Shown here in pieces: positions 61,262 to 64,000 of a DNA stretch of 64,000 nt. The notes beneath the pieces are model-generated. The model saw only the letters and a list, made by a program, of their open reading frames with translations. It was not told the DNA's origin and did not search any database. The translations under genes and the position numbers were made by a program. The first letter of the stretch is position 1. Each line of letters begins with the position of its first letter. The DNA comes from SAR116 cluster bacterium AG-426-A06 (GTDB lineage Bacteria; Pseudomonadota; Alphaproteobacteria; Puniceispirillales; Marisalimonadaceae), in contig QCNM01000001.1 of NCBI GenBank assembly GCA_003210115.1, positions 13,510-77,509 on the forward strand, written 5' to 3'.

Positions 61262-61332
61262 TTCCATTTTAATCATCTGATTTACTTATTTTTCATATAC
61301 TAATAGTTTTATAGTCTAAATTTGTTTTTAGA
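61262..61332 (-). promoter_or_regulatory. Conserved intergenic element, copy B (palindrome AATCATCTGATT at 61271-61282)
   Basis: TTCCATTTTAATCATCTGATTTACTTA, then 26 nt, then TCTAAATTTGTTTTTAGA. It lies about 175 nt upstream of the GAF gene on the minus strand. Confidence 0.55.
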
Positions 61333-61451
61333 ATGTGTGAAAAATAAAAAAAATATTTTCCATTTTCAGATCTAAAAAAATTAAAAATAGATGAGTATTT
61401 CTTTCTTATTTAGATCTTGAAATTAAGAAAGAATAATATTAAAAATTAGAT

Positions 61452-61592
61452 ATGTGTATTGGTTCAACAAGTATCCTCTCAACATTCTTATTATCACTAT
61501 CATTTGTCATTGTAATTTATAATTATTCAAGAATTAAGAATTATTTGACCAAACAATATACAAAATATTTTCCTCAAAAATCTAAAATTTAA
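61452..61592 (+). CDS. Possible 46-aa single-TM peptide
   Basis: My reading: MCIGSTSILSTFLLSLSFVIVIYNYSRIKNYLTKQYTKYFPQKSKI*. It is below the track length cut-off and has no homology evidence. Confidence 0.2.
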   Translation: MCIGSTSILSTFLLSLSFVIVIYNYSRIKNYLTKQYTKYFPQKSKI

Positions 61593-61614
61593 AACAATCA
61601 GAATAAATTATTAA

Positions 61615-61857
61615 ATGTTAAAAATTATTATTTTTTTAGTTCTTATTTTTACTATTATTTATTTAGTTACAAATTTTATCATGTACAAAAGAAAAAGTGG
61701 TCGTTTAAAGTTGATTATACCTATTGCATTTATATTAATAATTGTAGGGGTTATCTTTTTTATTTTACCAAGGTTTGGACTTAATCCTTTGGTTCTATTT
61801 CAAACTATTATTTCTAAAGTAATTCCATACCTTTCCATGTTAAGAGGTGTTATTTAA
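61615..61857 (+). CDS. Hypothetical 80-aa two-TM membrane protein
   Basis: ORF with two clear hydrophobic helices. Confidence 0.4.
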   Translation: MLKIIIFLVLIFTIIYLVTNFIMYKRKSGRLKLIIPIAFILIIVGVIFFILPRFGLNPLVLFQTIISKVIPYLSMLRGVI

Positions 61858-61883
61858 TGAAAAATATATAAAATACTTATGAG

Positions 61884-62453
61884 CTAAGAAATAGATTTGA
61901 TTTTATTTAGTTTAGATTTTTTAAATTCATTTAAGAAACCCTTTGGCAACTCTATTGCAGTAATTTTCCAATCAATACCTATTCGCTGAAATAATAAATA
62001 TATTTCTTGCTCATCTACCATATGCTTTATTCTAAAAGAATTGTGGTTTTTAAACTCCATTATTTTTATTCCACCTAATAATGTTTTTAAATTAGGTTTT
62101 GGAAGTTTTCTTGCCATTTGATTTTCTTGTAACAACATATTTAAACCTTCTGAATTAACGTATGTGTCTAGAATACTATCTACGATTTTTGACACAAAAC
62201 CTGTAATTAAAACACTTATACCACCTAAATTTTTGAAATCTTCATCTTTTTGAGATTCCTTTAGTAAATTAACATTCAAGTAATTTTTAAGGTTTTCTCT
62301 TAACTTTTTCCATTCAATATATTCTTTGAGTAGTGCCTTATCATTGTAATAAATACCTTTATGAATTTGATGTGTTGAATAAAGAGCTGAAAAGAAATAG
62401 GTAATTATTACTAAAACCGGAATTATTATAAGACTTATGAGTAATTTCTTCAT
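61884..62453 (-). CDS. DUF2939-like membrane-anchored protein
   Basis: 189 aa. An N-terminal TM, then IHKGIYYNDKALLKEYIEWKKLRENLK, which resembles the DUF2939 opening. Confidence 0.55.
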   Translation of the reverse strand: MKKLLISLIIIPVLVIITYFFSALYSTHQIHKGIYYNDKALLKEYIEWKKLRENLKNYLNVNLLKESQKDEDFKNLGGISVLITGFVSKIVDSILDTYVNSEGLNMLLQENQMARKLPKPNLKTLLGGIKIMEFKNHNSFRIKHMVDEQEIYLLFQRIGIDWKITAIELPKGFLNEFKKSKLNKIKSIS

Positions 62454-62600
62454 TAAGACATAATACCAAATTTAATTCTTTAGTAATCCAAATGTTTTTA
62501 ACTTTTTCTGTATCTTTTAAGAATAATTCATATTTACTGCTCATCAAACACAGAATGTTTTGAAGTAATTGTCTTAATGGCGAAGATAATCCTCTTGTTA

Positions 62601-62668
62601 TTCCATTTTTATCATCTGATTTAATATTTTATAGATTTCTAATTGTTCAATCTAGAATTTGTCTAAAT
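62601..62668 (-). promoter_or_regulatory. Conserved intergenic element, copy C (TATCATCTGATT at 62610-62621)
   Basis: TTCCATTTTTATCATCTGATTTAATA ... TCTAGAATTTGTCTAAAT. By my hand alignment it is about four-fifths identical to copy A over about 60 nt. Confidence 0.55.
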
Positions 62669-62870
62669 CAAATCTTTTTCACTATTCATTAGATATAATT
62701 ATAATGAACTACAATTTAATTTTTTTTATAGAAAAAATCGATGTATGAATACTTGATTTTAAAGTGGTTTCAAACTTAAAAAAAAGATAATATAAACAAT
62801 CTTTTATAATGATTGTATTGATGAATGGGAATAAATTTAAAATTTTAAAAGATTGGATTGTTAAAATTAA

Positions 62871-63749
62871 ATGAATAATAAAAATAATGATATGTTAAAA
62901 GCAACCGTTGATGTTATTAAAAATATAAAAAAAAATCTTAGTTTCACATTACTTGAGGTAGGTGCCGCTCAAATTCATCAAGATAAAGAACCTTTTTACC
63001 AGTTACTTGATTATTTTCCTTCTTCTAAAATTATAGGATTTGAATTAGATAAAAAGGTCTGCGACGATTTGAACGTAAATGCTCCCGAAGGAATAAAATA
63101 TTATCCTCACGCTCTAGGAGAATTTAATGAAAAGAGAAAATTATATATTACTAATCATCCTATGTGCAGCAGTCTATATGAACCAAACGAAAAATTAATT
63201 TCATTGTATAATAATTTAGAGGTTGCATATTTAAAGTCAAAATCAACACTAGAAACAATATCCTTAGACCACTTCTTAAAAATAAATAATATAAAATCAT
63301 TAGATTTTATTAAAATTGACGTACAAGGTGCTGAATTGGATGTTTTTAAAGGGGGGAAAAAAATCTTAAAAGATATTTTAAAAATTATTTGCGAAGTTGA
63401 ATTCATTCCTATTTACAAGAACCAACCTCTTTTTGGGGATGTTTGTAATTTTCTCAATGATTATGGCATTATGTTTAATAAGTTTTTAGGTCTTGCTGGT
63501 CGTTGTTTAAAACCTATTACTTTGAACAACAATCCCAATATTGCTTCACAACATTTTTGGACAGATGCAGTGTTTATACGTGATATACAAACTATACCTA
63601 AACTTGAAGACGATAAACTATTGAAACTAAGTTTACTTTCTTCAATTTATGACAGTCCTGACTTAGTTCATTATTGTCTCACTAGCTTTGATAAAAGAAA
63701 TTCCTCATCATTAGCATCTCAATGGATAAATCAATTAAATAATAAGTAG
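62871..63749 (+). CDS. FkbM-family SAM-dependent methyltransferase
   Basis: 292 aa with the DFIKIDVQGAELDVFKGG block characteristic of FkbM methyltransferases. Confidence 0.8.
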   Translation: MNNKNNDMLKATVDVIKNIKKNLSFTLLEVGAAQIHQDKEPFYQLLDYFPSSKIIGFELDKKVCDDLNVNAPEGIKYYPHALGEFNEKRKLYITNHPMCSSLYEPNEKLISLYNNLEVAYLKSKSTLETISLDHFLKINNIKSLDFIKIDVQGAELDVFKGGKKILKDILKIICEVEFIPIYKNQPLFGDVCNFLNDYGIMFNKFLGLAGRCLKPITLNNNPNIASQHFWTDAVFIRDIQTIPKLEDDKLLKLSLLSSIYDSPDLVHYCLTSFDKRNSSSLASQWINQLNNK

Positions 63750-64000
63750 ATTTAATTCAAACATGTATCTTTAATAAAATTTCTATTTGACAAATTTTAA
63801 TTTAATATAAATAGAAAATAGAGCAATAATAATTATAAAATCTAATATTACATCAGGTAAATTTGGTTGATAAGTAGTTTTTAATTAAATTTATTCATGT
63901 CATCTCCAGTACAAAAATTATTCTATAATTAGACTTAATTTATGAAGCTTTATCATCAAATAGCTTGAAAAACTCTTGTCAATAAATTTAGACCCATATA

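Noticed and set aside
62359-62547. 62-aa minus-strand ORF overlapping the DUF2939 start
   Set aside because: It is in a different frame and overlaps the 5' end of a better-supported gene. It has no motif and may only mark a leader region.
58484-62870. Integron-like cassette array with attC sites
   Set aside because: The small ORFs are on both strands. No integrase gene is present, and the repeats lack the RYYYAAC/GTTRRRY core sites.
63155-63406. 83-aa minus-strand ORF
   Set aside because: It is antisense within the FkbM methyltransferase gene.
1-64000. CRISPR arrays, tRNA/rRNA genes, IS elements, prophage or defence-system genes
   Set aside because: I noticed none of the following: regularly spaced direct repeats; T-arm or rRNA signatures in the spacers; transposase, integrase, or restriction- or toxin-like ORFs.

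Overview
The window is very AT-rich, tightly packed bacterial chromosome. Gene content and order look like a streamlined marine alphaproteobacterium (SAR11/Pelagibacter-like); this is inference only. I saw no rRNA, tRNA, CRISPR array, IS element or phage genes.

From 1 to about 43 kb it is ordinary core metabolism:
- rlmN and argG
- a complete propionyl-CoA to succinyl-CoA cluster (prpE, methylmalonyl-CoA mutase, pccA, pccB, epimerase)
- folE, trkH, hslO-argF-argD, a long-form dCTP deaminase, recX and acs
- CoA-transferase subunits and several DMT/MFS transporters
- a family-5 ABC importer without ATPase genes, followed by four different amidohydrolases.

The less ordinary parts, in order of interest:
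1. 58.5-62.9 kb is a loosely packed island. It holds four small paralogous roughly 100-aa proteins (one decayed), a GAF-domain protein with a possible wHTH tail, and at least three copies of a conserved roughly 70-nt intergenic element. The element is built around the palindrome AATCA-nn-TGATT.
2. 48.8-56.6 kb is a long plus-strand operon: ABC importer, SnoaL-like proteins, a cupin and a MetE-like Zn methyltransferase. Its first SnoaL gene carries an in-frame UGA that is base-paired at the foot of a 14-bp hairpin, and an A9 tract sits right after its best start codon.
3. pccB has a conserved N-terminus with no canonical start codon; ATT after a Shine-Dalgarno (SD) sequence AAGGA is the likely start.
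4. 44086-44629 is a 544-nt non-coding gap, unusual for this genome.

All functional calls come from reading the translations and recognising family motifs. No database search was run.
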